Source: an uncultured Candidatus Saccharibacteria bacterium (GTDB lineage: Bacteria; Patescibacteriota; Minisyncoccia; Phycocordibacterales; UBA9973). From it: DNA of 64,000 bases. The notes under the pieces are model-generated. The model was not told where the DNA came from, did no database searches, and saw only the letters and a list, made by a program, of their open reading frames with translations. Every line of letters starts with the position of its first letter. Positions within the stretch are counted from its first letter, which is position 1. Position numbers and translations under genes: made by a program. Positions 20,130 to 29,675 of the stretch are shown piece by piece. Location of the stretch: NCBI GenBank assembly GCA_964500465.1, contig CAZCNB010000001.1, positions 34,567 to 98,566 on the forward strand. Direction: 5' to 3'.

Positions 20130-21257
20130 ATGAAGATATTACTTACAGGAGGTGGAACTGGTGGACATTTTTATCCACTAATTGCCATCGCAGAAGAACT
20201 CAATAATCTTGCAGAAAAACAAAAAATCATTGATTTAAAACTGTATTATATGTCAGACAGTCCATATGACAAGCATATGCTGTTTGAAAATAGAATTTCA
20301 TATGTTCAAGTTCCAGCAGGGAAAATGAGAACTTATTTTTCTATAAAAAATTTTTTTGATATTTTTTCAACTGCAACTGGTGCATTCTATGGTTTACTAA
20401 GCATGTTCTTTATATATCCTGACGTTGTTATTTCAAAAGGAGGTTACGCTGCATTTCCTGCAGTTTTTGCAGCAAAATTACTTAGAATTCCTGTAATAAT
20501 ACACGAATCTGATTCGAGTCCTGGGAGATTAAACCTTTGGACTGCTAAATTTGCTAAACGAATCGCTGTATCATGGGGTGAAGCTGGTGAAAAATTTCCA
20601 AAAGACAAAGTTGCTTTAACTGGACAACCTATACGAAAAGCAATAATTCAATCCAGTCCAGAAGGTTCTTATGATTTTTTTAAACTAGCTTCTGATTTGC
20701 CAGTTATATTTATATATTGTGGTTCACAAGGAGCAGAAATAGTAAATAATACAATATTGCAAATACTCCCTGATTTATTATCAAGATATCAAGTTATTCA
20801 TCAAACTGGTACAAAACTTTATGAAGAAGTTGTTTCCAGATCAAAATTAGTTTTAGAAAATAATCCAAATATTAGCAGATATAGACCAATTGCTTATTTA
20901 AATAATTTAACAATCAGAATGGCATCTGGTGCAGCAAGTTTGATAGTCGGTAGAGCTGGATCAACAATATTTGAGATAGCTTCTTGGGGTGTACCATCAA
21001 TAATAATCCCAATTACAAACTCAAACGGTGATCATCAGAGGAAAAATGCTTACTCCTACGCGAGAAGTGGTTCTTGTGAAGTTATAGAAGAATCCAATTT
21101 GTCACCACATGTTTTAATATCAGAAATTGATAGATTAATATCAGATCAAAATAAACTAAGTGAGATGAAAAAAAACGCACTAGCTTTTGCTAATCCGAAG
21201 GCAGCTGAAAAAATTGCCCAAGAAGCTATAAATATAGCACTAACTCACGAATACTAA
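20130..21257 (+). CDS. murG: UDP-GlcNAc:lipid I GlcNAc transferase MurG
   Basis: LLTGGGTGGHFYPLIAIAEEL N-terminal G-loop; GT28 family. Confidence 0.9.
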   Translation: MKILLTGGGTGGHFYPLIAIAEELNNLAEKQKIIDLKLYYMSDSPYDKHMLFENRISYVQVPAGKMRTYFSIKNFFDIFSTATGAFYGLLSMFFIYPDVVISKGGYAAFPAVFAAKLLRIPVIIHESDSSPGRLNLWTAKFAKRIAVSWGEAGEKFPKDKVALTGQPIRKAIIQSSPEGSYDFFKLASDLPVIFIYCGSQGAEIVNNTILQILPDLLSRYQVIHQTGTKLYEEVVSRSKLVLENNPNISRYRPIAYLNNLTIRMASGAASLIVGRAGSTIFEIASWGVPSIIIPITNSNGDHQRKNAYSYARSGSCEVIEESNLSPHVLISEIDRLISDQNKLSEMKKNALAFANPKAAEKIAQEAINIALTHEY

Positions 21258-21258
21258 T

Positions 21259-22752
21259 ATGAACGACAATATTAATAAAAAAATTGTTACCCGATTTGCT
21301 CCTAGTCCTACAGGATATCTTCATATAGGAGGAGTGAGGACTGCACTATACGCATGGGCTTATGCAAGAAAACATAATGGAACATTTATATTGAGAATTG
21401 AAGATACGGATAAGGAAAGAGAAATCCTCGGATCTATTGACCATATAATTGAATCTCTTAAGTGGCTTGGTATAACTTGGGATGAAGGACCAGATATAGG
21501 TGGACCAAATACTCCGTATAAACAATCAGAAAGATTAGAATCATATAAAAAATATGCACAAATCTTAATAGATAAAGGTCTAGCTTATGCTGATCCATAT
21601 ACAAGTGATCAACTTGAACAATTTAGAAAAGAAGCAGAAGCTAACAAAAAACCATTCTTATATAGAAATCATAGACCAGAGAATCCTCCAAAATGGGACG
21701 GGACTATGCCACTTCGTTTAAAAATTGTTGATATTAAACAAACTGAGTGGTTCGATGAAGTTCGGGGTAGACTGACTGCTGGTGAAGAAGCATTGGACGA
21801 TTTTATACTAATTAAAAGTGATGGCTATCCAACCTATAACTTTGCTCATATAATTGATGATCTAGAAATGGGAGTAACTCATATTATGCGTGCAGATGAG
21901 TTTATATCATCTACGCCTAAATTCTTGGCATTGTATGATGCCTTAGGAATAGATAGACCACATTTTGCAACATTGCCACCTATAATGGCTCCTGATGGTA
22001 AAAAAAAGCTTGGCAAGCGAGATGGTGCAAAAGATATCTTGGAATATAGAGATGATGGATATTTACCTAATGCAATGTTTAATTTCCTAGCTTATATTGG
22101 ATGGAGTCCTGAAGATGAAAGGGAAATACTTACACCTGAAGAATTTATAAAAGTATTTGATTTAAAACGCATTCATAAATCTGGAGGAGGCTTTAATGTT
22201 GATAAACTTGATTGGATAAATCGAGAATATCTAAAAAAACTTTCATATGAAGAACAAGAAGAATATATAAGTAAATACATACCAGAAAATATTAAAAATT
22301 TGCCTGGTTATTCAAATACTATCCTACACAATATAACACCAATAATAATGGAGCGTATAAATAATGCTGTAGATATAATAAAGATGGTAGAGGATAAGGA
22401 GCTAGATTATTTCTTTTCTAAACCTAATTACCAAAAGGAAAGCTTATTTTTCAAATCTTCTAAAATCCCTGCAAGTGATAAATATACGACACTTTCAAGA
22501 TACCTAGATCATGCAAAAAACATATTGGAAATGATAGATGATTCTTCTTTTAAAAAAGAAATTATAAAAGAAAAATTGTGGCCTTTCACTGAGAGCGAGG
22601 ATGTTGTATCACGAGGAGATGTCCTATGGCCTATGCGCTATGCATTATCTGGATTAGACAAATCTCCAGACCCATTTATAATTGCAGAAGTTTTAGGTAA
22701 AAAAGAAACTATTTCAAGATTAGAAGATGCAATTCTTCTATTGCAAAAATAA
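21259..22752 (+). CDS. gltX: Glutamyl-tRNA synthetase
   Basis: RFAPSPTGYLHIGGVRTALY (HIGH), KLGKRDG (KMSKS-like). Confidence 0.9.
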   Translation: MNDNINKKIVTRFAPSPTGYLHIGGVRTALYAWAYARKHNGTFILRIEDTDKEREILGSIDHIIESLKWLGITWDEGPDIGGPNTPYKQSERLESYKKYAQILIDKGLAYADPYTSDQLEQFRKEAEANKKPFLYRNHRPENPPKWDGTMPLRLKIVDIKQTEWFDEVRGRLTAGEEALDDFILIKSDGYPTYNFAHIIDDLEMGVTHIMRADEFISSTPKFLALYDALGIDRPHFATLPPIMAPDGKKKLGKRDGAKDILEYRDDGYLPNAMFNFLAYIGWSPEDEREILTPEEFIKVFDLKRIHKSGGGFNVDKLDWINREYLKKLSYEEQEEYISKYIPENIKNLPGYSNTILHNITPIIMERINNAVDIIKMVEDKELDYFFSKPNYQKESLFFKSSKIPASDKYTTLSRYLDHAKNILEMIDDSSFKKEIIKEKLWPFTESEDVVSRGDVLWPMRYALSGLDKSPDPFIIAEVLGKKETISRLEDAILLLQK

Positions 22753-22766
22753 GTTATAATAAGACT

Positions 22767-24080
22767 GTGCGACACAAAATCATATTAATCACAATCTTTT
22801 TTACTATGTGTGGAGTATTTCTACCACATATATCTTTTGCTGTAACAGCAGATAGTGTTAATGAGAAGATCAAAGATGTAAATGCACAAATTGAATCATT
22901 AAATAAAGAAATCGAGCAATATAAAAATCAAATTTCTCAAACAAATCAACAAAGTAACACTTTAACCAATCTAATTAAAGAGTTAACCCTAACCAGGGAT
23001 AAGCTCTTAAAAGAAACTAAACAAACCGAAAAGAAAATCACCGCAACAAATATTGTTATAGGAACTTTATCAGAAGATATAAACGATAAGCAAAAATCTA
23101 TAAACAATAGCGAAAGTGCTATGAATAAAATGTTGCGGGATTTACAGCTAAAAGATAATGATTCTATTGTTGAAAAATTACTCGCAAAAGAAAGCTTAAG
23201 TGCTGCAAATCGCGAATATAACAATATAATTTCAGTTAATGATAAACTAAAAAACTTAATTATAGATATTAAAAAACAAAAAGAAGATCTTGAATTTTCT
23301 AAAAATCAAAAACAAACCGAACAACAAAAATTATCTAAGTTAAAGAAAAGTTTAGTTCAACAAAAAATTGCTGTAGATATAACTAAAAAAGAGAAAGATA
23401 CATTACTCAAAGAAACTAAAAACAAAGAATCCAATTATAAAAAACTATTAGCTGATAGGATAAAAAAACGGGACGCTTTTGAAAAAGATCTAGAAAACTA
23501 TGAAGCACAGTTAAAATTCATCTTAAACCCAAATTTATTACCATCTGAAGGTTCTGGAATTCTATCTTGGCCACTTGATAATGTCTTTATAACTCAGTTA
23601 TTTGGAAAAACAGTAGCGGCTAAGAGGTTATATACTTCTGGGTCGCATAGTGGCGTAGATTTTCGGGCATCTATCGGAACTCCTGTTAAATCTATGGCAG
23701 ATGGAGTTATCGTTGGTAGTGGCGATACAGATTTGTATTGTAAAGGTGCTTCTTTTGGTAAGTGGATATTTATCAAATATGATAATGGTCTCTCTAGTAC
23801 TTTTGGACATTTATCATATGTTTCTGGAGTAACTGGTCAAAAAGTAAAAACTGGTGATGTTGTTGCGTTATCTGGAAACACTGGACATTCTACGGGTCCA
23901 CATTTACATGTAACTGTTTACGCTTCACAAGGAGCAGATGTAAAAACAGTACCTAGTCTTTCTTGTAATGGAAAAACGTTCATAATGCCTATTGCCCCTA
24001 CTAAAGCATACCTTGATCCAATGCTTTACTTGCCTAAAATAACGGCTGGTATGATAAAAAGTGACAGGCCTAGAGATTAG
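22767..24080 (+). CDS. Secreted coiled-coil M23 metallopeptidase (EnvC/PcsB-like architecture)
   Basis: Signal/TM, long coiled coil, C-terminal M23 motifs SGSHSGVDF and NTGHSTGPHLHV. Confidence 0.8.
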   Translation: MRHKIILITIFFTMCGVFLPHISFAVTADSVNEKIKDVNAQIESLNKEIEQYKNQISQTNQQSNTLTNLIKELTLTRDKLLKETKQTEKKITATNIVIGTLSEDINDKQKSINNSESAMNKMLRDLQLKDNDSIVEKLLAKESLSAANREYNNIISVNDKLKNLIIDIKKQKEDLEFSKNQKQTEQQKLSKLKKSLVQQKIAVDITKKEKDTLLKETKNKESNYKKLLADRIKKRDAFEKDLENYEAQLKFILNPNLLPSEGSGILSWPLDNVFITQLFGKTVAAKRLYTSGSHSGVDFRASIGTPVKSMADGVIVGSGDTDLYCKGASFGKWIFIKYDNGLSSTFGHLSYVSGVTGQKVKTGDVVALSGNTGHSTGPHLHVTVYASQGADVKTVPSLSCNGKTFIMPIAPTKAYLDPMLYLPKITAGMIKSDRPRD

Positions 24081-24097
24081 ATGATATAATAACCAAT

Positions 24098-24511
24098 ATG
24101 AGTGAGGGGGTTAAAAATGAAGAAACTTCACACAAACATCACAAACTTCGCTTAGGTGCTTTGATTTTAGTTGTCCTACTAGTTCTGGTTTTGTTTAAAG
24201 TAAATTTACGTAAAGCAATTAATTCTCCACAATTTAATGACAACGTTTCTTATATTGAACAACATATAAGAGCTTGGTACCAAGAATCCTACAACTTTTT
24301 TAGTAATATGTTTAAAAATGATGGAACTAGCCAATTTAAAATACAAGGTGGGTTAGATTTCAAGCCTCCAGTATTAATTGATCCAAATATGATTGAAAAT
24401 AAGATTGGTGCAGATAAAATAAGAGGATACTTTAATGCTCCTTCAGATGATAATATCGATAAAAAATTTAATGAAGTATATAACCCCATAAGTACTCCAG
24501 TAAGTAACTAA
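24098..24511 (+). CDS. Hypothetical single-TM protein
   Basis: ORF only. Confidence 0.3.
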   Translation: MSEGVKNEETSHKHHKLRLGALILVVLLVLVLFKVNLRKAINSPQFNDNVSYIEQHIRAWYQESYNFFSNMFKNDGTSQFKIQGGLDFKPPVLIDPNMIENKIGADKIRGYFNAPSDDNIDKKFNEVYNPISTPVSN

Positions 24512-24554
24512 ATGCGATTGTAAAAATTCAAAAAATATGTAATTATATAGCATT

Positions 24555-24628
24555 GCCCGAGTGGGTAAAAAGTCAAACTGCTTTGATTTTTTACCAGAGC
24601 TACGCTCTGCGGACCGCCTAAGCGGGCA
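24555..24628 (+). pseudogene. tRNA-like fragment / degenerate tRNA (first 11 nt identical to adjacent tRNA-Leu 5' end)
   Basis: gcccgagtggg... ...aagcgggca; 5-bp acceptor-like pairing only, no recognisable D- or T-arm. Confidence 0.3.
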
Positions 24629-24662
24629 TTTAAAAGAAATACTGCAGTATATTTCTTTATAT

Positions 24663-24747
24663 GCCCGAGTGGCGGAACTGGTATACGCGCACGACTTAAA
24701 ATCGTGTCTCGCAAGGGATGTGGGTTCGACCCCCACCTCGGGCACCA
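24663..24747 (+). tRNA. tRNA-Leu (anticodon UAA), class II with long variable arm, CCA encoded
   Basis: Manual fold: acceptor gcccgag/ctcgggc, anticodon stem cacga/tcgtg loop cttaaaa, T-arm gtggg ttcgacc cccac, 3' a+cca. Confidence 0.85.
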
Positions 24748-24751
24748 AAAT

Positions 24752-26167
24752 ATGTCAAATCAATATTACACAACTATAGGACTTGAAATACACGCAGAAC
24801 TTAAAACAAATTCAAAAATGTTTTGTGGATGTGTTAATAATCCCGATGAAGAGAATCCTAATGCAAACACTTGCCCGGTTTGCATGGCACATCCAGGCAC
24901 TCTTCCTGTTATAAACAAAAAAGCAGTAGAAAGTGTGATCAGAGTTGGTCTTGCTTTAAATTCAAAGATTGCAGATTTTACGGAATTCGATCGTAAAAAT
25001 TATTTCTACCCAGATATTCCAAAAGCATATCAGATATCACAATATAAATATCCAATAGTTTCGGGTGGTTCACTTAATAGTATTGAAATTACTCGTATTC
25101 ACTTAGAAGAAGATACAGCTAATAATAAGCATGATAGAGGAGATTATTCACTCGTAGATTTTAATCGTGCAGGTGTGCCCCTAATGGAACTTGTAACAGA
25201 ACCAGTAATTCATTCGGCAAAAGAAGCAGGAGATTTCGGTCGTGAATTACAATTACTACTTAGATATCTAGGAGTATCAAATGCAAATATGGAGAAGGGC
25301 GAAATGCGAGTAGAATTAAATATTTCTATATCAGGAGATCCTAAAAAGTTTGGTACAAAAGTTGAAGTAAAGAACATCAACTCATTTAAAGCAGTAGAAC
25401 GCGCAGCTGAATATGAAATAAAAAGGATGTCAAAACTACTCGATGAAGGCCGTGGAGAAGAAATAGTTCAAGAAACTCGTGGCTGGGACGAGAGTAAACA
25501 AGCTACATTTTCACAGCGTTCAAAAGAAAATGCAAATGACTATAGATACTTCCCAGACCCTGATCTACCAAAACTTTATTTGAGTAAGGCTTTTGATATT
25601 GAAAAATTAAAATCTGAACTTCCAGAACTCCCTCAAACTAAAAGAATTAGATACAAAAATGAATATGGAATTAAAGATGAAGATATCGAGAGTTATATAA
25701 TAGATCTAGAACTTGCAAATTGGTTTGAAAATGTAGCTAAAGAGTTAAAAGATAAAGAAAAAATAAAAACTGGTTCAAATTACGTAACTTCAGATTATCT
25801 AGGACTCAAAAAATCGAACGATAGTGTAAAACTCCCAAAACCTGAGAACTTTGCAGAACTTATTACTATGGTCACAGATGGACAAATATCATCCCGTGCA
25901 GCAAAAGATATTCTTGCAATGATTGTGGTTAATGATTATTCTCCAATGGAAATAGCTACTGAAAAAGACCTGATACAGAAAAATGACGAAGGGGCTCTGA
26001 AAGAAATTGTACAAAAAGTTATAGATGCTAACCCTCAAGTTATAGCTACATACAAAGGTGGTAAGGAAAATGCCCTCATGTCACTTGTTGGCCAAATAAT
26101 GAAAGAAACAAAAGGTTCAGCAAATCCTGGTCTTGTTCAAAAACTTTTGAAGGAATTGATAGGATAA
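24752..26167 (+). CDS. gatB: Asp-tRNA(Asn)/Glu-tRNA(Gln) amidotransferase subunit B
   Basis: TTIGLEIHAEL..CPVCMAHPGTLPV..NRAGVPLMELVTEP; listed ORF start 24704 overlaps tRNA-Leu so start moved to ATG 24752. Confidence 0.9.
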   Translation: MSNQYYTTIGLEIHAELKTNSKMFCGCVNNPDEENPNANTCPVCMAHPGTLPVINKKAVESVIRVGLALNSKIADFTEFDRKNYFYPDIPKAYQISQYKYPIVSGGSLNSIEITRIHLEEDTANNKHDRGDYSLVDFNRAGVPLMELVTEPVIHSAKEAGDFGRELQLLLRYLGVSNANMEKGEMRVELNISISGDPKKFGTKVEVKNINSFKAVERAAEYEIKRMSKLLDEGRGEEIVQETRGWDESKQATFSQRSKENANDYRYFPDPDLPKLYLSKAFDIEKLKSELPELPQTKRIRYKNEYGIKDEDIESYIIDLELANWFENVAKELKDKEKIKTGSNYVTSDYLGLKKSNDSVKLPKPENFAELITMVTDGQISSRAAKDILAMIVVNDYSPMEIATEKDLIQKNDEGALKEIVQKVIDANPQVIATYKGGKENALMSLVGQIMKETKGSANPGLVQKLLKELIG

Positions 26168-26337
26168 ATAATTAACCCTTAAAATAGTTTTTGATATATT
26201 AAAATTAATACAAGATATTTCGTCTCTTTTTGAGACTTCGATCATATTTTTTCATATGGCAAGCAATCGTTAAATCGGGGATGTCCATTTTTTGTGGAGG
26301 ACCCCCTTTTTATTTTTAATTTTGATATAATTAGCTA

Positions 26338-26565
26338 ATGGAATCAAAAATAAAACCAGGTAAATATAAACATTTCAAAGGAGTAATTCATAAGATTATA
26401 GGTGTAGCAAAACACACTGAAGATCATGATAAAGAATTCGTTATATATTATCACCCAGATGAAAGTGGGAACAACCAACTCTGGGCTAGGCCAAAAGAGA
26501 TGTTTTTGGAGAATGTAAAAAGAGGTGAATATGAAGGTCCTAGATTTGAGTATATTGGTGAATAA
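26338..26565 (+). CDS. DUF1653-like small protein
   Basis: GKYKHFKG..YHPDE..LWARPKEMF pattern. Confidence 0.55.
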   Translation: MESKIKPGKYKHFKGVIHKIIGVAKHTEDHDKEFVIYYHPDESGNNQLWARPKEMFLENVKRGEYEGPRFEYIGE

Positions 26566-26581
26566 ATGATATAATTTTCTT

Positions 26582-27625
26582 ATGAAATTATTTAAAAAGG
26601 ATGAAAAAAAGATAAGGGTTGCTATTAATGGATTCGGTCGTATAGGTCGCGCGTTTGTAAAAATTGCTTGGGAAAAACCCGAGCTTGAAATTGTAGCTGT
26701 GAATGATTTAGGTACACTTGATAGCCTTACTTATCTATTAAAACACGATACTGTATATAGAAATTGGAATCATGATGTAAAACATGATGGTAAAGATATC
26801 TGGGTTGATGGCAAGAAAATAACATTTGTTTCTGAAAAAGACACCACAAAACTCCCTTGGAAAGATTTAGATATTGATGTGGTTGTAGAATCAACTGGAC
26901 TTTTTACTGCATTTGAAAAAGCAAAATTCCATATTGATGATGGTGCTAAAAAAGTAGTAATCTCGGCTCCAAGTAAGGGTGATGGTAGTGTAAAAGGGGA
27001 AACAATTCTGTTGGGTATAAATGAAGAAAAATTTGGTACTTGTGATATCACTTCAAACGCATCATGTACTACAAATGCTGCTTCGCCTTTGATTGGAATC
27101 CTGCATGAAGCACTTGGAATAGAGAAAGCAGTACTTTCAACTACTCATGGTTACACTGCAAGTCAATCTCTAGTAGATGGACCTAGTAAAAAAGATCTTC
27201 GTGAAGGTCGTGCTGCTGCTTGTAACATTGTTCCAAGCTCAACTGGTGCTGCAATAGCCGTTACAGAAGCTTTTCCAGACTTAAAAGGACTATTTGATGG
27301 TATATCACTTCGTGTACCAGTCCCAGCTGGATCTATTGTTGATGTTACATTTATATCGAAGAAAAATACTACAGCTGAAGAAGTAAATGGAATATTAAAA
27401 AAAGCAGCACAGAGTGATAAATGGAGTAAAATTTTTGCAGTTACAGAAGAGCCACTTGTTTCTAGTGACATTCTTGGTGAATCACATGGTTCAATTGCTG
27501 ATCTTGCAATGACTCGGGTTATAGGAGGAAATCTTGTTAAAGTTCTTGGATGGTATGACAATGAGATGTCTTACACACATACACTTGTAGATCATGTTAT
27601 AAAAACAGGGAATAGTATTAAATAA
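26582..27625 (+). CDS. gap: Glyceraldehyde-3-phosphate dehydrogenase
   Basis: INGFGRIGR NAD-binding, active site SNASCTTN. Confidence 0.95.
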   Translation: MKLFKKDEKKIRVAINGFGRIGRAFVKIAWEKPELEIVAVNDLGTLDSLTYLLKHDTVYRNWNHDVKHDGKDIWVDGKKITFVSEKDTTKLPWKDLDIDVVVESTGLFTAFEKAKFHIDDGAKKVVISAPSKGDGSVKGETILLGINEEKFGTCDITSNASCTTNAASPLIGILHEALGIEKAVLSTTHGYTASQSLVDGPSKKDLREGRAAACNIVPSSTGAAIAVTEAFPDLKGLFDGISLRVPVPAGSIVDVTFISKKNTTAEEVNGILKKAAQSDKWSKIFAVTEEPLVSSDILGESHGSIADLAMTRVIGGNLVKVLGWYDNEMSYTHTLVDHVIKTGNSIK

Positions 27626-27729
27626 CAATGAAAAGGCCAGTAATGATTACCAAGATTATCATTGTATTGATATTATTATTTATAATTTACAAATTTATTC
27701 CAAGTTATATTACCGGAATAAAATAAAAT

Positions 27730-28500
27730 TTAAATTTCTCCTTTAAACACGCATTTGGCTTCACCTATAAGCCAAATGTTTTCGTATATACCATCGCGTT
27801 CTTTGAACATGATGGTCAAATCCCCACCTGGCATTTTGATGTTACAAATGTTTGCTTTTAATTTATCTAGTGAGTGGCAAGCAATTGCTACTGATGTAGC
27901 TCCAGTACCACAAGCCCAAGTCTCATCTTCTACACCACGTTCATATGTACGGACATGATAGATTCCATCTATTTCTTCTACGAAGTTTACATTTACTCCA
28001 TCTGGATCTGCATTACGAATTTTTCTCCCAGCTTCAACAACTGGAAAATTTTTAATATCAGTTATGAAAAATATATTGTGAGGGGTAGTACCTTGGCATA
28101 TAAAAGGTAGATTGTTTCTAGTAGATATTTCTTTTATGTCTTGCATTTTTAATCTAACTTCATCAGCATTTATTTCTGCTTCGTGTTCACCATCAACGGC
28201 TAAAAATTTTATATTTTTAGGATCCTTGACCATTTTTAGTATATGGTGAGCAAAATGAACTATACACCTCCCACCATTACCACACATGGAACCAATACTT
28301 CCATCATTGTTTACAAAAACCATTTTAAAATCATACCCTTTTGCTTCTTCAACTAAAATAACTCCATCTGCTCCTATGCCAAACCTTCTATGACAAAGTA
28401 GCTTAATCTGATCCTTATCCTCAATATCAAATACTTTATTACGATTATCTATCAAAATAAAGTCATTACCTGTACCGTGATATTTGTAGAATTTAAACAT
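27730..28500 (-). CDS. dapF: Diaminopimelate epimerase
   Basis: HGTGNDFI, MCGNGGRC and ACGTGATS catalytic Cys motifs. Confidence 0.85.
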   Translation of the reverse strand: MFKFYKYHGTGNDFILIDNRNKVFDIEDKDQIKLLCHRRFGIGADGVILVEEAKGYDFKMVFVNNDGSIGSMCGNGGRCIVHFAHHILKMVKDPKNIKFLAVDGEHEAEINADEVRLKMQDIKEISTRNNLPFICQGTTPHNIFFITDIKNFPVVEAGRKIRNADPDGVNVNFVEEIDGIYHVRTYERGVEDETWACGTGATSVAIACHSLDKLKANICNIKMPGGDLTIMFKERDGIYENIWLIGEAKCVFKGEI

Positions 28501-28544
28501 ATGGCCTATTATAATATGTTTTAATAAAATGGTATAATTTTTGC

Positions 28545-28982
28545 ATGTACAAGGTATATATTGGTTCAGATCATGCTGGATACAGCTTAAAAGAAAAGCT
28601 TAGAGTCTATTTAAGCGATCTTGGTTATGAGGTTGAAGACCAAGGGGCTTTTTCTTTTGATCCAAATGACGACTATCCAGATTTTATAAAACCAGTGGCT
28701 ATAGCTGTGGTAAATGATAAAAATAGTTTTGGCATAATATTAGGTGGTTCAGGAGAAGGAGAACAGATGGTTGCAAATAAAGTTGATGGTATAAGAGCTG
28801 CTGAATACTATGGTGGTGATTTAGATATTGTTAGACTTGCTAGAGAACACAACGATGCAAATATTTTATCATTAGGAGCTCGTTTTTTAAATGAAGAACA
28901 AGCACGTAATGCTGTCAAAATATTCCTTGAAACACCATTTTCAAGAGAAGTGAGGCACCAACGTCGCATAAATAAAATGTAA
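28545..28982 (+). CDS. rpiB: Ribose-5-phosphate isomerase B
   Basis: IGSDHAGYSLKEKL, RpiB/LacAB fold length 145 aa. Confidence 0.85.
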   Translation: MYKVYIGSDHAGYSLKEKLRVYLSDLGYEVEDQGAFSFDPNDDYPDFIKPVAIAVVNDKNSFGIILGGSGEGEQMVANKVDGIRAAEYYGGDLDIVRLAREHNDANILSLGARFLNEEQARNAVKIFLETPFSREVRHQRRINKM

Positions 28983-28984
28983 TT

Positions 28985-29674
28985 ATGACAGAAGTAATAC
29001 CAGCCATTCTAGTAGATGATTTTATAGAACTAAAAGAAAAACTATCCCAAGTAGTTGGATTAGCTAAAACTGTTCAAATTGATATTTGTGATGGAAAATT
29101 TGTAAAAAGTACTTCATGGCCAATAGGTAGCAAGAACATCGATAGCGTTGAATCTATTTTAAACGAAGAGGATGGTTTACCTTTTTGGGATTCTGTGGAT
29201 TTCGAGTTTGATTTGATGGTTAGAAACGCTCATACACAATTTGATTTTTTCATAAAACTTGGAGCAAAAAGAATAATTTTTCATCTAGAAGCAGAAGGGG
29301 ATTTGGATAGATTCAACGAATTTTTGGAAGCTATCGACATGTATACTAGAGAAAATGTTGATATAGGGGTTGCAATAAATACAAACACTGATATTAATAA
29401 TCTAAAAAATATAATACAAAATATAGATTTTGTTCAATGCATGGGTATTGAAAAAATTGGATATCAAGGCGAACCTTTTGATGTAAGGGTTTTGAATCAG
29501 ATAAAAACATTGCGAGAGATTTATCCTGAGCTTATAATAAGTGTAGATGGTAGTGTAAATGAAACTACGGCTCCAAAACTTGTAGAAGCTGGAGCAAATA
29601 GATTGGTTGTTGGTTCAGCTTTGATGAATAGTTATGATGTTCGTGCCACTATAAAAGAATTAGAAAATTTATAA
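28985..29674 (+). CDS. rpe: Ribulose-phosphate 3-epimerase-like TIM-barrel protein
   Basis: IPAIL..DF..L N-terminus, QIDICDGKFV (metal His/Asp motif), FDLMV, SVDGSVN align to Rpe. Confidence 0.65.
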   Translation: MTEVIPAILVDDFIELKEKLSQVVGLAKTVQIDICDGKFVKSTSWPIGSKNIDSVESILNEEDGLPFWDSVDFEFDLMVRNAHTQFDFFIKLGAKRIIFHLEAEGDLDRFNEFLEAIDMYTRENVDIGVAINTNTDINNLKNIIQNIDFVQCMGIEKIGYQGEPFDVRVLNQIKTLREIYPELIISVDGSVNETTAPKLVEAGANRLVVGSALMNSYDVRATIKELENL

Positions 29675-29675
29675 A

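Noticed and set aside
24555-24628. Possible tRNA-Sec or unusual class II tRNA
   Set aside because: No anticodon stem-loop with UCA, no T-loop, and acceptor pairing limited to 5 bp.
24704-24751. N-terminal extension of gatB ORF (MSRKGCGFDPHLGHQN) in the ORF track
   Set aside because: It overlaps the 3' half of tRNA-Leu; the conserved GatB N-terminus begins at the ATG at 24752.
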